DNA of 64,000 nucleotides, from assembly GCA_034780895.1 (NCBI GenBank), contig JAUZTB010000048.1, positions 36,912,205 through 36,976,204 on the forward strand, written 5' to 3'. Made by a program: the position numbers and the translations under genes. The notes beneath the pieces are model-generated. The model made no database searches, was not told the DNA's origin, and saw only the letters and a program-made list of their open reading frames with translations. This document shows positions 24,780 to 38,371 of this stretch, piece after piece. How positions within the stretch are numbered: position 1 is the stretch's first letter; each line of letters begins with the position of its first letter. The stretch is from Rhynchobatus australiae. Its lineage: Eukaryota.

Positions 24780-26640
24780 TGAAAAGCTAGGTTAAGATAA
24801 ACATAGAAAGGTTGTTCCTCAGTTTGAGGATCAAGCAACATAGATTCAAAGTGAGAGGCAAAAGATACAGCTGGGGGGTCAGTAAGGTAAACTTTTATTT
24901 TATGCAGAGAAGGATGTGATCTGGAGCTCAACGGCTGTAAGACTGACGGAGACGCAGTCAATTGCAGCTCTCAAAAGGGAAGTGGACAGGCACTCAAGTG
25001 GAGGTAAACTGGGCCAGCAAAGTGGTGCAGCTAGTGAAGTCATGGAGTCACAGAGTCACACAGCACAGGATCAGGGTCCTCGGCCCACTGTGTCCATCTG
25101 GCCTGTTGTACATCACTACACTAATCCCATTTACCCACATTAAGTTCGTAGCCTTCTATGCCTCAGCGATTTAAGTATGTGTCTAGGTGCTCCTTACATG
25201 TTGTGAGAGGGCCAACCTCCTCCACCCCTCAGGCATCGCATTTCAGAGTCCAACCACCCTCTGTGTGGAAAAAATTTCGCCTCAAATCTACTCTAAACGT
25301 CCTACCTCTAACCTTGAACCCATTTGTTTTACACGCAAATTTTTCATTGTACCTGTATCTCACCGTCTTTGTGCAAGTGACCATAAACTCGACCCAACCG
25401 ACACCCCCACCTAAAGTAGAAGATTCTTGCTCTCTACCCTATCTGTCTGCCTCGTAATTTTGTATACCTCCATCAGGTCACTCCTCAGCCTCTTCCACTG
25501 CAAGGATAACAAACCCAGCCTATCCAGGCTCGCTTTGTAAGTGAAATGACCTAATCCAGGCAGCATCCTGGTGAATCTCCTCTGCAATCACACCCTTCCC
25601 ACAGTGTGGCGATCGGAATTGCATGGAATGCTCCAGGTGTGGCCGAACCAATATTTCATAAAGCTGTCATATGACATCCCAGCTCTCAAGTTCTAGGCTA
25701 CGGCCAATGAAGGCATGTGTCCCGTGTGCCTTCTTCACCACCTTATCCTGCTGTACGAACCAATTTCAATAAAGTACCCCAAGGTCCCTTTGCTCATCAA
25801 CACTCTACAGGGTCCTATCATTTACTGTGTACATCATTCCTTTGTTTGCCTTCCCAAAATGCATCTCATTAGTTTTTTTAAGGGAAATCCAATCCCATAA
25901 ATTTGATTGAATTTTTTTGAGGTGGGAATTAAGCATATTGATGAGAGGAGCACGGTAGATGTCATTTACAATTGCTCCACCCAGCTTCCAGCTAATCCGT
26001 ATCACACTCCATATGCTCCATATTCTTGGTAGACTTAAAACATCTTCCCTACCATTTGCAACACAACCAATTTTCCTGTCGTCTGCAAACATAATTAACA
26101 TAGCTCGTACATTCACATCCAAGTAATGAAGGTACATCTCAAACAAGGGTCTCAGCATTGATCCCTGGTCACGGACTTTTAATCAGAAAAGCAACCCTCT
26201 CCCACCATCTTCTGCCTCCTCTTACCAAGCCAAATTTGGATCCAATTTGCCAGCCTGCCGTGGATTCCGCGAGCTCTAACCAGCCTATCACATGGGAGCT
26301 CATCAGAGGCCTTACTCAAGTGATTGTGCAGAGAATGGAGGGATATGGGCATTGTGGAGGCAGGTCAGATGAGTTAGGCATTTAATTACTAGTTTAATTA
26401 GTTCACCACAACATCATGGGCTGAAGGACCTGTTCCTGTACTGTAGTGCTCCAAGTTCTACATTCTCCAATGTAGACATCTACTGCACTCCTCTCACCAA
26501 TATGCTTAGTTAGCCCCTCAAAAGATTCAATCAAATTTGTGGAACAGGATTTCCCATGTTGACTATCCCTAATTAATCCTTGCCTTACTAAGTGAAACTA
26601 AATCCTCTCCCTTAGAATTTTTTTTCCAATGGATTCCCTA
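24780..26640. mobile_element. Mosaic of CR1 fragments, mostly on the minus strand
   Basis: ORF 25805-26158 LRPLF...MFADDRKIG; tails at about 25050 (-) and about 26460 (+); an inverted piece near 25899-25970. Confidence 0.75.
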
Positions 26641-26887
26641 GCGTGAGACTGCTGTCTCACAGGTGTAGTGACCCAGGTTCAATCGTAACTTCTGGTGCTG
26701 TCTGTGTGGAGTATGCACATTCCTGTGACCAGCATTTCCTCTAGGTACTCTGGTTTCTTCCCACATCCCAAAGATATGTAGGTTGGTATGTTATTGGGCC
26801 ACTGTAAATTGCTCTGAGTGTAGGTGAGGAATAGATTTATTGGGAACGTGTGGAAAATTAGTGGGGGGGGGGGTGTGGGGGAGCAGA
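26641..26887 (+). mobile_element. HE1-like V-SINE
   Basis: tRNA-like head (ctgctgtctcacag...gacccaggttcaatc) and V domain (tgtctgtgtggagtatgcac...tggtttcttcccacatcccaaagat). Confidence 0.8.
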
Positions 26888-28559
26888 NNNNNNNNNNNNN
26901 NNNNNNNNNNNNNNNNNNNNNNNNNNNNNNNNNNNNNNNNNNNNNNNNNNNNNNNNNNNNNNNNNNNNNNNNNNNNNNNNNNNNNNNACTAATAAAGATA
27001 TCTTAGCTTATCCATTTCAGATCAAGAACTGGTAATGACATCAAGTTAAACTACAAATATCTGTCTCTCAGAGCTTTGTAGGTGGTCACAGCCCCTCCAC
27101 TCTGATAGAAGCCAAGCCACTGTGGTCTGTCGCTAATAGCAGTGCCCCAAAGTTGCAGGATCTGCACACCAAGAGGAGTGATGTAGGTTATCTTTGCGGT
27201 ATGAAGATACATAAAGAATCAAAATGATTTATTGATTCTCCAATAAAGTGATAAAAATAGAATCTCATTTGGTCCTGGATACAATATTTCATCTCTGTCC
27301 TTCTCTCTAGAACACATCTGGGTGGGGGGGGGGGGAGCAGATTATTCTCTGAGCCAGCATAGTTTTAATGGGCCATATGGCATCCTTCTATTTAAGAACT
27401 TTGGAAATGTGGAAGTTTGCAGGACAACAGAGAAAGAGCAGGGAACTGGTCTGAAAGCTCCGATCTACATGGATACAAATTGGCCAAATGACCTCCTCCT
27501 GTTCCATGACAACTTAATGATCCTACAAGACACAGAACAAGTCTAACCTTTCCCTCCTGCGACAAGTAAATGAATTAAATCACTGTTGTTCTCTCCAGAT
27601 CTGGCATATAGCTTATTGAAGCAGCTCCTTACAGTGGAAAACTTGATAGCAAACACATCTCGCACAAACTATTTCCGAAAATCAGTCAAAAGCCNNNNNN
27701 NNNNTGTCACACTTTGAAGAGAATTAACTGTGGAGGGATTCTAACAAAATACCCAAGATTGGGGAGCTTCCATGAACTTCTGATCTCAAGCTCTGGAGAT
27801 TGCCACCAAACAGTTACTTGCATAGAGAAAAATGTTCAACCATTTTCCATTCCTCTTTACTGCACATCTGCATTTGGAGCCACAAGCCATGATAAACAAC
27901 AGATGAGCTCATTACTACCGCAACAGCAAGGCAGATCAAAATTCAGAAGTGGTATAACCACCCTTAGATTACATCACCTCCAACTTATAGTTACGAAGAA
28001 TAGGGAAAAACAAAATTGAGGATGAGGTGAAAAGGGAAATTTAAGATGGGGTTTTACATAACATTGTTAAAAGGTAGAGAGAGATTCTGTGGTATAGAAG
28101 AGGCACTTCCTTTGCATAGTAAGCTGGAGTCAGATGATGTAACTGCAATGTACAAGCAGAGATCAGAAGGGTGGAGCCAAAGCATGAAGGGAATTGAGGA
28201 AAATGAGGCTTTTGCGAGTGATACACTGGAGTGCAGGTAGCAAGGGATCTCCAGTGCATTGAAGGAGAGGGGAATTTGCTGCAAAACATGCAGCTGGAAG
28301 ATATAGAGTGGCTAAAATTACTAAGCAGATACAAGACAATATGACTTGACTGAGATTTCTGCAGTACTGGGAAAGGGATAGGGTTACATTCCTGAAGTTG
28401 AAGAACATGATTTCCAGGATAGTACTGACACAAAGAGAAAAAGTTCAACCCAAAGAAGAGAACTCTGAGACTACATCAATAGACTTAGTCTAAATTATCA
28501 GATTAAAACATGGACGTGTCTTGGAGCTGAGATACACAGATGCCTGGTACAAGATATGG

Positions 28560-29390
28560 CTTTGGTTTAGCTGATAGTGGTGCCTCACTGACACCACTTC
28601 AACCCAGGTCAAAACACTGTAACTTCAAGTTCTGCCCACAGGACAGGAGCACAAAATTCTTGGCTAACAATTCAGTGCAGTACTGAAGGACTGCTGCACC
28701 ATTGAAGAATGTAAACTAAAGAGTCCTCCTGGCTTCTTGGACACATGCACAAGATGCTTATTAAGGTTCCGACTTCATTCCCTGGAGCACTGGAGAATGA
28801 GGGGAGATCTTACAGAAGTATACAAAATTATGAGGGATATAGATAGGATGAATGCATACAGGTATTTTCCCCTAAGGTTGGGTGAGACCAGAACGAGAGG
28901 TCATAGGTTTAGGGTGAAAGTGAAATATTTAAGGGGAATCTAAGGGTAGACTTCTTCACTCAGTGGGTGGTGCGAGTGTGGAATGAGCTGCCAGCAGAAG
29001 TGGTAGATGTGGGTTCAAATTGTAACATTTAAGTGAGGTTTGGATAGGTACATAGATGGGAGGGGTTTGGAGGGATATGGTCTGGGTGCAAACAGATGGG
29101 ACTAGGCAGAAGATCGGGTGGGCATGGACTAGATGGGCCGAAGGGCCAGTTTCTGTGCCTTAGTGCTCTATGACTCTATCCTATGGCAATATTTTGAAGT
29201 TATCTCCAAAGAACTGGCCACTAATTTAACTAACATCGTTAAAAAGCACATTGTTCTTTAAAGGGATTCGATGTGTGCAAATTGGTTGCCATGTTTCCAA
29301 CACTATGACAGTGATCACAGAAGATTTTTTTTTGCTTTTAAGTCCACTCTGAGACATGACAAGTCCATGAAAGGTGCTCCATAAATTCTT
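28560..29390 (+). mobile_element. Deu-domain SINE split by a CR1 insertion
   Basis: The 5' part (gagcacaaaa...cagtgcagtactgaagga) runs to about 28755. It resumes at about 29181 (cctatggcaatattt...tgtgtgcaaattggttgcc...gaaaggtgct). Confidence 0.6.
28756..29180 (+). mobile_element. CR1 LINE 3' fragment
   Basis: LHSLEHWRMRGDLTEVYKIM...TRGHRF plus tail. Confidence 0.85.
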
Positions 29391-29789
29391 TGTGAGCTGC
29401 AATAAGTGTTGGAAACTTGATCCCAATTTTGGCGATAATTTTTTGCAAAAATAAATAATCACCAAAATTGGGATCAAGTGTCAGCCTCGTGATAGGACAC
29501 CAATTTCATCAAAGTACCAGTGTAGGCATGTGAAACTTCCATATTCAGTTCACTTACACTGTGGAAAAACAGTAGAACAACTTGAAGGACCCTCAAAAAA
29601 ACACTGCGNNNNNNNNNNNNNNNNNNNNNNNNNNNNNNNNNNNNNNNNNNNNNNNNNNNNNNNNNNNNNNNNNNNNNNNNNNNNNNNNNNNNNNNNNNNN
29701 NNNNNNNNNNNNNNNNNNNNNNNNNNNNNNNNNNNNNNNNNNNNNNNNNNNNNNNNNNNNNNNNNNNNNNNNNNNNNNNNNNNNNNNNN

Positions 29790-30042
29790 TTTAAAGGTGA
29801 TGTGAGATGCAATTTTTTTTAATTACAGGCAGAGTGGTAGGTGCCTCCAATGGGTTACCAGGGGCAGTAATGGAAGCAGTGTGGTGGAGCTTGAGGCTTT
29901 CAGATAGACACGTGAATATGAAGGGAATGGAGGGATATGGATGATACACAGGAAGAGGACATTTAGTATAAATTGGCATCAAGGTCAGCACAACATCGTG
30001 GGCCGAATGGACTGTCCAGTGCCGTACTGTTCTATGTCCTAT
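29790..30042 (+). mobile_element. CR1 3' tail
   Basis: cagagtggtaggtgcc...gggaatggagggatatgg...gggccgaatgg...tactgttctatg. Confidence 0.75.
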
Positions 30043-31921
30043 CAGTCTTCAGTTACAAGTTGAGGTGAGTCAAATGCATTACACAGGATCAAGCAGCACG
30101 TGTTAATTTACAGCTTTTCTCCAAATACATAGAAACAAGTGTACTAAATAATCTCCATCACGTCACAGGTATTGTTGTATTTACACTTTCTCTCTGCAAA
30201 CGTGGGTGCAAAACTTTAGTCATTCTGGCACACGAGCACTGTTGGCTGGGGATGTCAGTGCTGACATCCCATCAGTACTTTCCCATGAACCAAATGGTTT
30301 ACTGAGCCAGTCAGAGCATTGTTATGGGCAATTAAAATGATTGATCATGGCAATCTGCTCTATTTATGGTAACCAATACTGATGCGAGCTTTTTAAAAAA
30401 TAATTAGATTTAATTTCACTTCAATCGTTAATGGAACTTAAATTTCTCAAACAGGGATGGGATATTTGAACTCAACTCTCAAGCCACTTGGTCCAACTGG
30501 CCCCTTGAACATAACAAAATAGCTACNNNNNNNNNNNNNNNNNNNNNNNNNNNNNNNNNNNNNNNNNNNNNNNNNNNNNNNNNNNNNNNNNNNNNNNNNN
30601 NNNNNNNNNNNNNNNNNNNNNNNNNNNNNNNNNNNNNNNNNNNNNNNNNNNNNNNNNNNNNNNNNNNNNNNNNNNNNNNNNNNNNNNNNNNNNNNNNNNN
30701 NNNNNNNNNNNNNNNNNNNNNNNNNNNNNNNNNNNNNNNNNNNNNNNNNNNNNNNNNNNNNNNNNNNNNNNNNNNNNNNNNNNNNNNNNNNNNNNNNNNN
30801 NNNNNNNNNNNNNNNNNNNNNNNNNNNNNNNNNNNTACAGTACGGCATAGAGAAACATGTTCAACTTCACATAAAATCTTAGAGTAACATAACATGGAAC
30901 CCGGCCCTTCCATGCTGACCAAGATACACATCTAAGCTAGTCCCATTTGCCTGTGTTTGGCCCAAACCCAAACTATTGTCAGGATTGAATCTTTCATTGG
31001 ATTCAGGAATATTTATCATGAAAATATTCCCAGAAAAGTGACATTTGACACCACACCCATCAACAAAAGATAAAGTAAAAAAAGATTAAGTATAGTTTTA
31101 AGTGTGAAGGTAGAGCATATTAAGTTGGGCCGAAGGGCCTGCTGTGTGAGTAGCAGAAATAGCTCATACGGAAGGAGTGAACAAACAGCATTCTTGAAAG
31201 CCACACTGTAACGTCGTGACTGGGATTGTTATGCACACTTTCCAGATGATCCTTCACAAAGAAAGAAATATGAATAAGAACAAAGCTCAGCTGCGTCTGG
31301 TGACTGTGCTTGGGAAGCAAGCAGCAATAGAACAGCACATGGCATGACATAAGGAAACTAATGACTTGACCAGCAGACCACCCAGCAGCATGCAATTCTA
31401 TTAACCAAAAAGAACACTTGTGCATAGACAAGAAATCAATGCTTAAAATACCCATCATTAAAATTTCATGACTGGTTATCCACGACTTATGCCTGTAATG
31501 GGATTGATAGCAGAAAACGCACAACTAACAGATCACATTTATTGGAACCCTATTCACACTGAAAGAAAAACAGCACTGCCACACAAAAAAAAAGTACAAA
31601 CTTTGTTCACAAGCCAGTGTCCCCTGCTGAACAGGAAATCTGTCTCTCTACAGTACATCAAGAAATGCTCATCCAAATTCACAATAAGAACTCTGATTAT
31701 GAGCTATAATTTCTAACTACAGGTTTGTGTCTCTGTGTGAGGTTGTGGTCCCCACGTGGAACTGTACACTGCATTGGCATGGGTGTTTTTACCCATTGTT
31801 CTGTTCACTAATTAAAAGCTACATTACCCTGATACTCATATAAATGATAAAATAAAAGAGTATTAAAAATAACCCGTCTTTTCCCCAGTGAAAGGGAATC
31901 AGAAACTAGACGGCATATATT

Positions 31922-32428
31922 TAAGACCATAAGACATAGGAGCAGAATTAGGCCATTCAGCCCATCAAGCCTGCTCCACCATTCAATCATGGCTGATTTA
32001 TTTTTCCCCTCAACCTCATTCTCCTGCCTTCTCTCTGTAACCTTTGACACTCTTATTAATCAAGAGCCTATCAACCCCCCACTTCAAATACACCCAATGA
32101 CTTGGCCTCCATAGCTGTCTGTAGCAATGAATTCCACAGATTCTGGCTAAAGAAATGTTTATGGTGAGAGGTGAAAGATTTAAAAGGGGCCTGAGGGGCA
32201 ACTTCTTCACAAAGAGGGTGGTGTATAAATGGAACGAATGGAATATATAAATGACAGAGGAAGTGGTGCAATAACAACACCTAAAAGACATTTGGATAAG
32301 TACATGGATAGGAAAGGTTCAGAGAGATATGGGCCAAATGGGACTGGCTTAGATAGGCATCTTGGTCGGTATGGGTGAGTTTGGCCGAAGGGTTCGTTTC
32401 TGCGCTGGATTACCCCATGACTCTTTAA
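31922..32428. mobile_element. Two CR1 3' ends joined back-to-back (minus 31922-32150, plus 32160-32428)
   Basis: The minus part reads QNLWNSL..AMEAKSLGVF. The plus part contains ggtgagaggtgaaagatttaaa...ggccgaaggg. Confidence 0.7.
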
Positions 32429-32699
32429 TCCAAGCACAGAGATTGCAGACTACTTTAGGGCAAAACAAGGTTATAGAAATAGGGACTGATGGAATATGAT
32501 GGAAATAGGAAATAGGGTATGGTTGGATTAGAAAGAAAGGGAAATGATTTTTAAATGCTAACACTACCAGACCAGGAACCAATGTTTTGAATGAATTCAT
32601 GGAGGCGAGAACAGATATTTAAACAGCAAACATAACAAGGACTCTTCTTGGAATGTACTCCAAGCAAAAAAAAAACGTGTGTACATTATGCTAATCATT

Positions 32700-33140
32700 T
32701 CGGTGTGATGGAATACTCTCCATATGCCTACGTGAGTGCAGCTCCCATGTCAATCAGCAGCTCTGCTTCACCCAGGACGAAGCAGGCAACTTGATTAGAA
32801 CCCCACCTACCACCCGAATTATCAATTCTCTCCAGCACTGCTGCCTTGTGGCTGCACTATCTGCCATCTGCAAAACATGCCACAGATACTTGCCCAAGTT
32901 AATCCAGCAGCACCTCCCAAACCCCAAGACCAGCCCCACCAAGAAGACGAGGGGCAGGAGATGATAGAGACACCACCACCTGAAGTGGAAATACATCATC
33001 GTTCCTTCATTAGCACTGGATCTAGATCAACAGACAACTGCGGGAGGACCTTCACTAGGACTGCAGCAGGTCAAAAGGCAGCTCACCATCTTCTCAAGGG
33101 CAGTAAATGCTTGCCATTGCCCACATTCTCCCCGAAGATG
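32700..33140 (+). mobile_element. CR1-group LINE 3' end
   Basis: VMEYSPYA..SAAP motif; tail ggcagctcaccatcttctcaagggca. Confidence 0.6.
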
Positions 33141-33889
33141 AACCACAGTAGATTTGCAGTACCAGTGAGGGGATATGTATTATTGGCAATACAGTATCAT
33201 ACAGAAGGGCAAAACCCAGGGCTTACAGATGATGCCAGATGCAAGATTATCAAATAGCAAAGATTTTATCCATCCAACTAATGATTCATGCATCAGACTT
33301 ACATGATAAAAAGCACTGTGCCAATTTTTCGGTCTTAAAAGTTCTAAAAATGTTCCAGTTTTGAACTCAAAACAAGAATTACAACAGGCTTCATGCTCTG
33401 TGTTGCATTAAGTTTTGTGACTTAAAGCCACAAGAAATTAGGGTTCTGCAGTACAATAGCAAAAGTAATTTTTAACTAGTCTATGTCACAAAAGACATAA
33501 TTCTGTGCTTTCACATGCTTGTCTTAAAAATGGGTCCAACACAATAAGAAGTGGACCACGATCTGGTTGGCTATGATAAATCTATTCAGAGACAACTAGA
33601 ATGTTAAAAATGATTCGTATAAAAGAGTTGACTTGTCATATTCAATTACTCTGAGCCACAGCACCAGACACAACACATTAAAACACAAATGGTCAGGCGA
33701 CTTATCAATGTGACAGTCAATTCTTCGTACACACTCAGTACCCTGCATTCATTCAAGTTGTCTGCTGGAAATACTAAAATGGAATTGATTTCATCCTCAG
33801 GGGATCAGCAACTGTCTCATAAATAATGGCAGAGCAAAAGATCTCCAGTTACATGGACAACACAGAGATGTGTATAGCATACAGCGTAT

Positions 33890-34302
33890 GGCAGCAGAGT
33901 TGCTGGACTGGTAATCCATAAGCTTGCACAAATGATCCAGAAACAGAAGTTCAAATCGCCCTGTGGCAGCTGGGAAATTTAAGGTCAGTTAATTAAATTA
34001 TCCAAGATAAAAGGCTAGTCTCAGAAATCACCAGGTTGTCATAAAAGTCCATCTGATTCACTGATGCCCTTTGGGGAGAGAATCCTCAACTATTACATAT
34101 TCCACCCTATACGCGACTTGAGTCTGACAGTGATGTGGTTAACACTTAACTGCCCTTTGCCAAACAAGACAAATGATTTTCTCAAACACTGTACACTACC
34201 TTCACCACACACACAGCACTGGCTGACCACCACCTTCTCAAAGGCAATTGGGGAATGGGTAGTACCCACCAAAGGCGCCCCTATCCCATGAACAAATAAT
34301 AA
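33890..34302 (+). mobile_element. tRNA-derived SINE with a CR1-group LINE tail
   Basis: Head ctggactggtaatcca...gttcaaatc; body ccatctgattcactgatgccctt; tail caccaccttctcaaaggcaattggg...atcccatgaacaaataataaaa. Confidence 0.7.
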
Positions 34303-36134
34303 AACAGCTTCTGAAACTAAGGCTAACAGCTGAGACCACTGTTCAATTACAGAAACAATCCCAAAGCCAAACGCACAAGTGGTGTCTTGAAATCTCAACT
34401 GATTTGCTCAATTGATTTTGATTGAACTCAATTGAGTAAGGAGCAGAGAATAATTCTTTTAGACTGCCCAAAAATTCAACTTCAAGTCCAATGCCTACGT
34501 TGAAGGTGACAAATATCTGAACCACACTGATAAGATCCTGCAAGCCAGAGCTATGAGAGAAGCAATTAACTGCTGCAAATTCTTTCAGTGCCCTGAGCTG
34601 ACAAAGAGGAAGAGACTAAAAGCTACAATTTCCACTCTGCTTACTTCCCAGGGACACTTAATAAGCCAAGCATGTCACATGGGTTTGGCTGTGATAGATC
34701 CTGAAATTGCACTACTTATTGACACTCGTTATCTGTACATGAACACTGGTCACTAAGCATCCATTGCCCTACTTGGTATCCAGTCCTTCAGGAGTGCACT
34801 GAGACAACNNNNNNNNNNNNNNNNNNNNNNNNNNNNNNNNNNNNNNNNNNNNNNNNNNNNNNNNNNNNNNNNNNNNNNNNTCCCATTGGACACGTACAAA
34901 AAGATGTATTGGAATGGTTCTGCAGAAGATGAATTCCATCTGTAAGATTAGACTGGAGAAGAAGGAGTTGTTCTCCTTGAAGCAAAGAAAGTTGGTGAAG
35001 ATGTAACAGAGGTGTAGAAGATCATAACAGCTTCAGAAAAGGTGGAGAGAACCTTGTTCCAACTGCAGATGGCACAAGGATCTGGGGTAGAGACTTTAAA
35101 TGATGTACAAGGCAGATGTGAGAAATCTTCAAAAATGAAGAGACAATAGTTATGATCAGGAATTAACTGCCTATAGGGTGGTAGAGCCAATCAGGGTTTT
35201 CGTAAGTGAATAGGACATGCATTTGGAAGATTGATTTCAAAATAAATTTTGCACTGAAATCTGTCACTTAGTTTCGAAGTCAGAAGTCAATCATGCTTCT
35301 ATATTCTGGAGCATCAGGGAAAAAAGCTATTGTGCTTTTTGTTCACTTGTGTGGCTTCCAACATCAAATGAAAATACCTCATGGAAACCTTATTTGTTTC
35401 AGAAACAAAGCTGTTGGCAAATTTCAACCCTCTGTTGAAGTCGTTGCATTTTCTTCTAGTCCTTCTGGTGTGTCAGGGAAAGAGACTAGTCCCAGGAAAC
35501 GTAGCTATGGGTATCCTGGAAAACTACTCCAAGCCAGAAAATACTTTGTTCAATGAGCTTGTGCAACTGACAACAGCTCGTGCTAAACAGTGGTTGGAGA
35601 ATTTACCTTGTAACTAAAGTTTGTGTTCGGAAGAGGAGCAATGCCTCTTCCTGCTTCAGTGCTGTCCCAGTTTCAAAGAGGCATCTATTAATCAACAGTT
35701 CTGGTGTCCTTTAGGAATGGATTTCACCTTCATCCTCCCTGATTTTGTGGACACTTAGGAGTTTGAATGAAATTGCAACACTTTAGTTGAGACTGGCAAG
35801 CAGTTTATCATTGATTGTTAGGGTGTCCCAGTTAGCAGGAGTTCCTGTCGAACAATTTTACTGAAGCATCAAATTCCCTTGAACACCATTTTCAAAACTT
35901 AACTTTCAGCCTTGTACTGTAACATAAAACTCCCATTATCCATGGGCTCTGTGAAACATTGCAACCAAGTGAAATTTTACTAGTTTAACCTGCAATAATT
36001 TGCACTTTTATGTTACCTTTCCCATAGCTCTAAACCCCAAGAAAATATCAGATAACATTTCACACAGAATCAAGCTCAATTCACCTGCTCTAAACTGCAA
36101 ACCCACCCTCGTTAACTCAAACATTTCCCAATGT

Positions 36135-36230
36135 AAATGCACTGTGTAACGAATCGACCTGTACGATCGGTATGCAAGACAAGCTTTTCACTGTACCTCG
36201 GTACAAGTGACAAAAATAAACCAATACCAA
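36135..36230 (+). mobile_element. Rex/Babar 3' tail
   Basis: tatgcaagacaagcttttcactgtacctcggtacaagtgacaaaaataaaccaatacca. Confidence 0.7.
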
Positions 36231-37578
36231 CTGTATCTTCCCCCATTTACAATGTCTCAATCCTTCCTCTGGCTGGATTCATAGTTACCGCTGCCTTCTA
36301 GTTCTTCACTCCAAAGGCCATTTAAGAGTTGATGAGGGACATGTTCAGTCCAAAGAGGCCAATGTCTCCCCCATCGTACGTCCAGCAGGAATGGATTCAC
36401 ATAGCGATGGGAAAGAAATCAAAGATGGGAACAATGGCAGACATTTTTCCATCATGTCACAGGGGGTTGGAAGGAATTGTTCCGACTATTACTTCAGTTA
36501 AGAATACAGAACAGCATAGATCAGTGTTCAAAAGTGATATAATGTACCATCAGGCTCCACAACAAATTTATGCAGTTGCACAGCCATTAATTTAACTAAA
36601 TGATATTGCCTTCTTCCATCCAATTGCAAACTTCTAACCACAGTTTTGTTCCTGAAATTTTCACAAGTCCAACCACACCATTAATGAACAATGCAGATGG
36701 ACACAAGTTCTGCTCCTCCCAACTATTTGGAATGATGTTTGTAATTACATAATTTGATGCACTGCAGAATATCAACATAATATTTTTGAATCTGAATAAA
36801 TAAGGAAGGGGTGGGGGAGGAGGGGAGNNNNNNNNNNNNNNNNNNNNNNNNNNNNNNNNNNNNNNNNNNNNNNNNNNNNNNNNNNNNNNNNNNNNNNNNN
36901 NNNNNNNNNNNNNNNNNNNNNNNNNNNGAATAAATAAGGAAGGGGTGGGGGAGGAGGAGAAAAATACTTGGGGGGGGAAGAGAAATGGGAGAGTGAGGCA
37001 GAGAGAAAAATCACTGGGTTTCTATCATGCATTCAGTGACTAATCAAACCACAACAGTACAAAGACAACCGGATGAGACAGAATTGCCTTACTCACCAAC
37101 TTATGTGGGTCAATGTTAAGAAAGTGGCACAGAGCTAAGGAAGTTTAGAAAAGAGTAGATGACAATACAAATTCACTGGACAAGTCTGCTGTTTCCAATA
37201 TAAATACAGCATTCAGCTGTGTTAAGTGCAAAACATTCCTGTTAAAGACAAATTATATCAATCTCTGAAAGCTTTTGACACCCAATTTGTGAGAATGTGA
37301 TTTCATTAACAGATCAACTACCACAGAAAGCAAAGAAACTGGAACTTCAGCTCCATATAGACTGCAAATGGAATATCCAACAGGAAGTACAGCACTGAGA
37401 ACTTCACATTTCAATTCAGTTTTAAGATAAATTCAGAAAAGTGAATGTACTATAAATACATAAATGCAGCTGAATGGCCTGGACTTTTTTTTAAAAAAGG
37501 CATTTCAGATTTCACGAAAAAGGGAGAGTCAGTACAGGGCTCCTGTCTGCATTATCTCACCTTAAGCTCCAATCCGAG

Positions 37579-38349
37579 TGGTGAGCATTCTTTGGCTGAA
37601 TGTGTTCTAAACTTGCCTTTCACTGAACCTTTCCAATATCCAGAGGTCACCGTTTAGATTGAGACAGCATTCTGCATTTAACTTTTGGATCAGATGACTG
37701 GCAAAGATGTAAACCCTTCATTGGCCACATCAAAGAAACATTTCCTGTGACTGATTTTAAATGTCTAAAAGGAGTGTACAATGAAAGTCAAGATTATATA
37801 GCTATGACTGGCCAAGAGAAAATACTGGCTGCTTTAAAACTGATCTTCCAGGCTACACAAACTGGCGGTCATTCGAAACCCTGTTGCCCAGATCTTAACT
37901 CCCAATAAGCCAGTACTCATGTTCACTAACCAACATTTGATCCCAACTTGCCGCCGACAAAATTTTTACAATGGTCACCTGTTTTTAGGTGGCACAATGG
38001 CCTCACTCATCTCACCTGCTGCCCAACAATCCTCCAGGATCTCCATACTCCTCCAGCTCGGTGTTTAAGCACATCCCTCACTGCTGTGCCTTCAGCTACC
38101 TCAGTTCCAGGATCTACAATTCCTTCTCTACTCCTCAAGATTCCCTATTTCCCTCTACATTTTGGACTTGCCTTACAATCAAGCTAGTCTTAATGTCTCC
38201 TTGTATGACCCAGTGTAAAATATGGCTTGTGAACACGAGATGCAAAACTGGTGATCATTCTTTGGCTGAATGTGTTCTAAACTTGCCTTTCATTAAACCT
38301 TTCCAATACCCAGTGGTCACAGATTAGATTGAGGTTACACCCTGCATTT
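37579..38349 (+). repeat. 101-bp direct repeat pair (37579-37679 and 38249-38349)
   Basis: Ungapped, 88/101 identical by manual count, offset 670 bp. The spacer contains an L2-like remnant. Confidence 0.9.
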
Positions 38350-38371
38350 GGAGCACAGGAAACTGCCCTAC

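Noticed and set aside
30249-30270. Perfect 10-bp inverted repeat gggatgtcag-tg-ctgacatccc
   Set aside because: Too short for a pre-miRNA and has no supporting context.
33890-33970. tRNA-like A/B-box sequence (also near 26641 and 8770)
   Set aside because: These are SINE heads without a complete cloverleaf, not tRNA genes.
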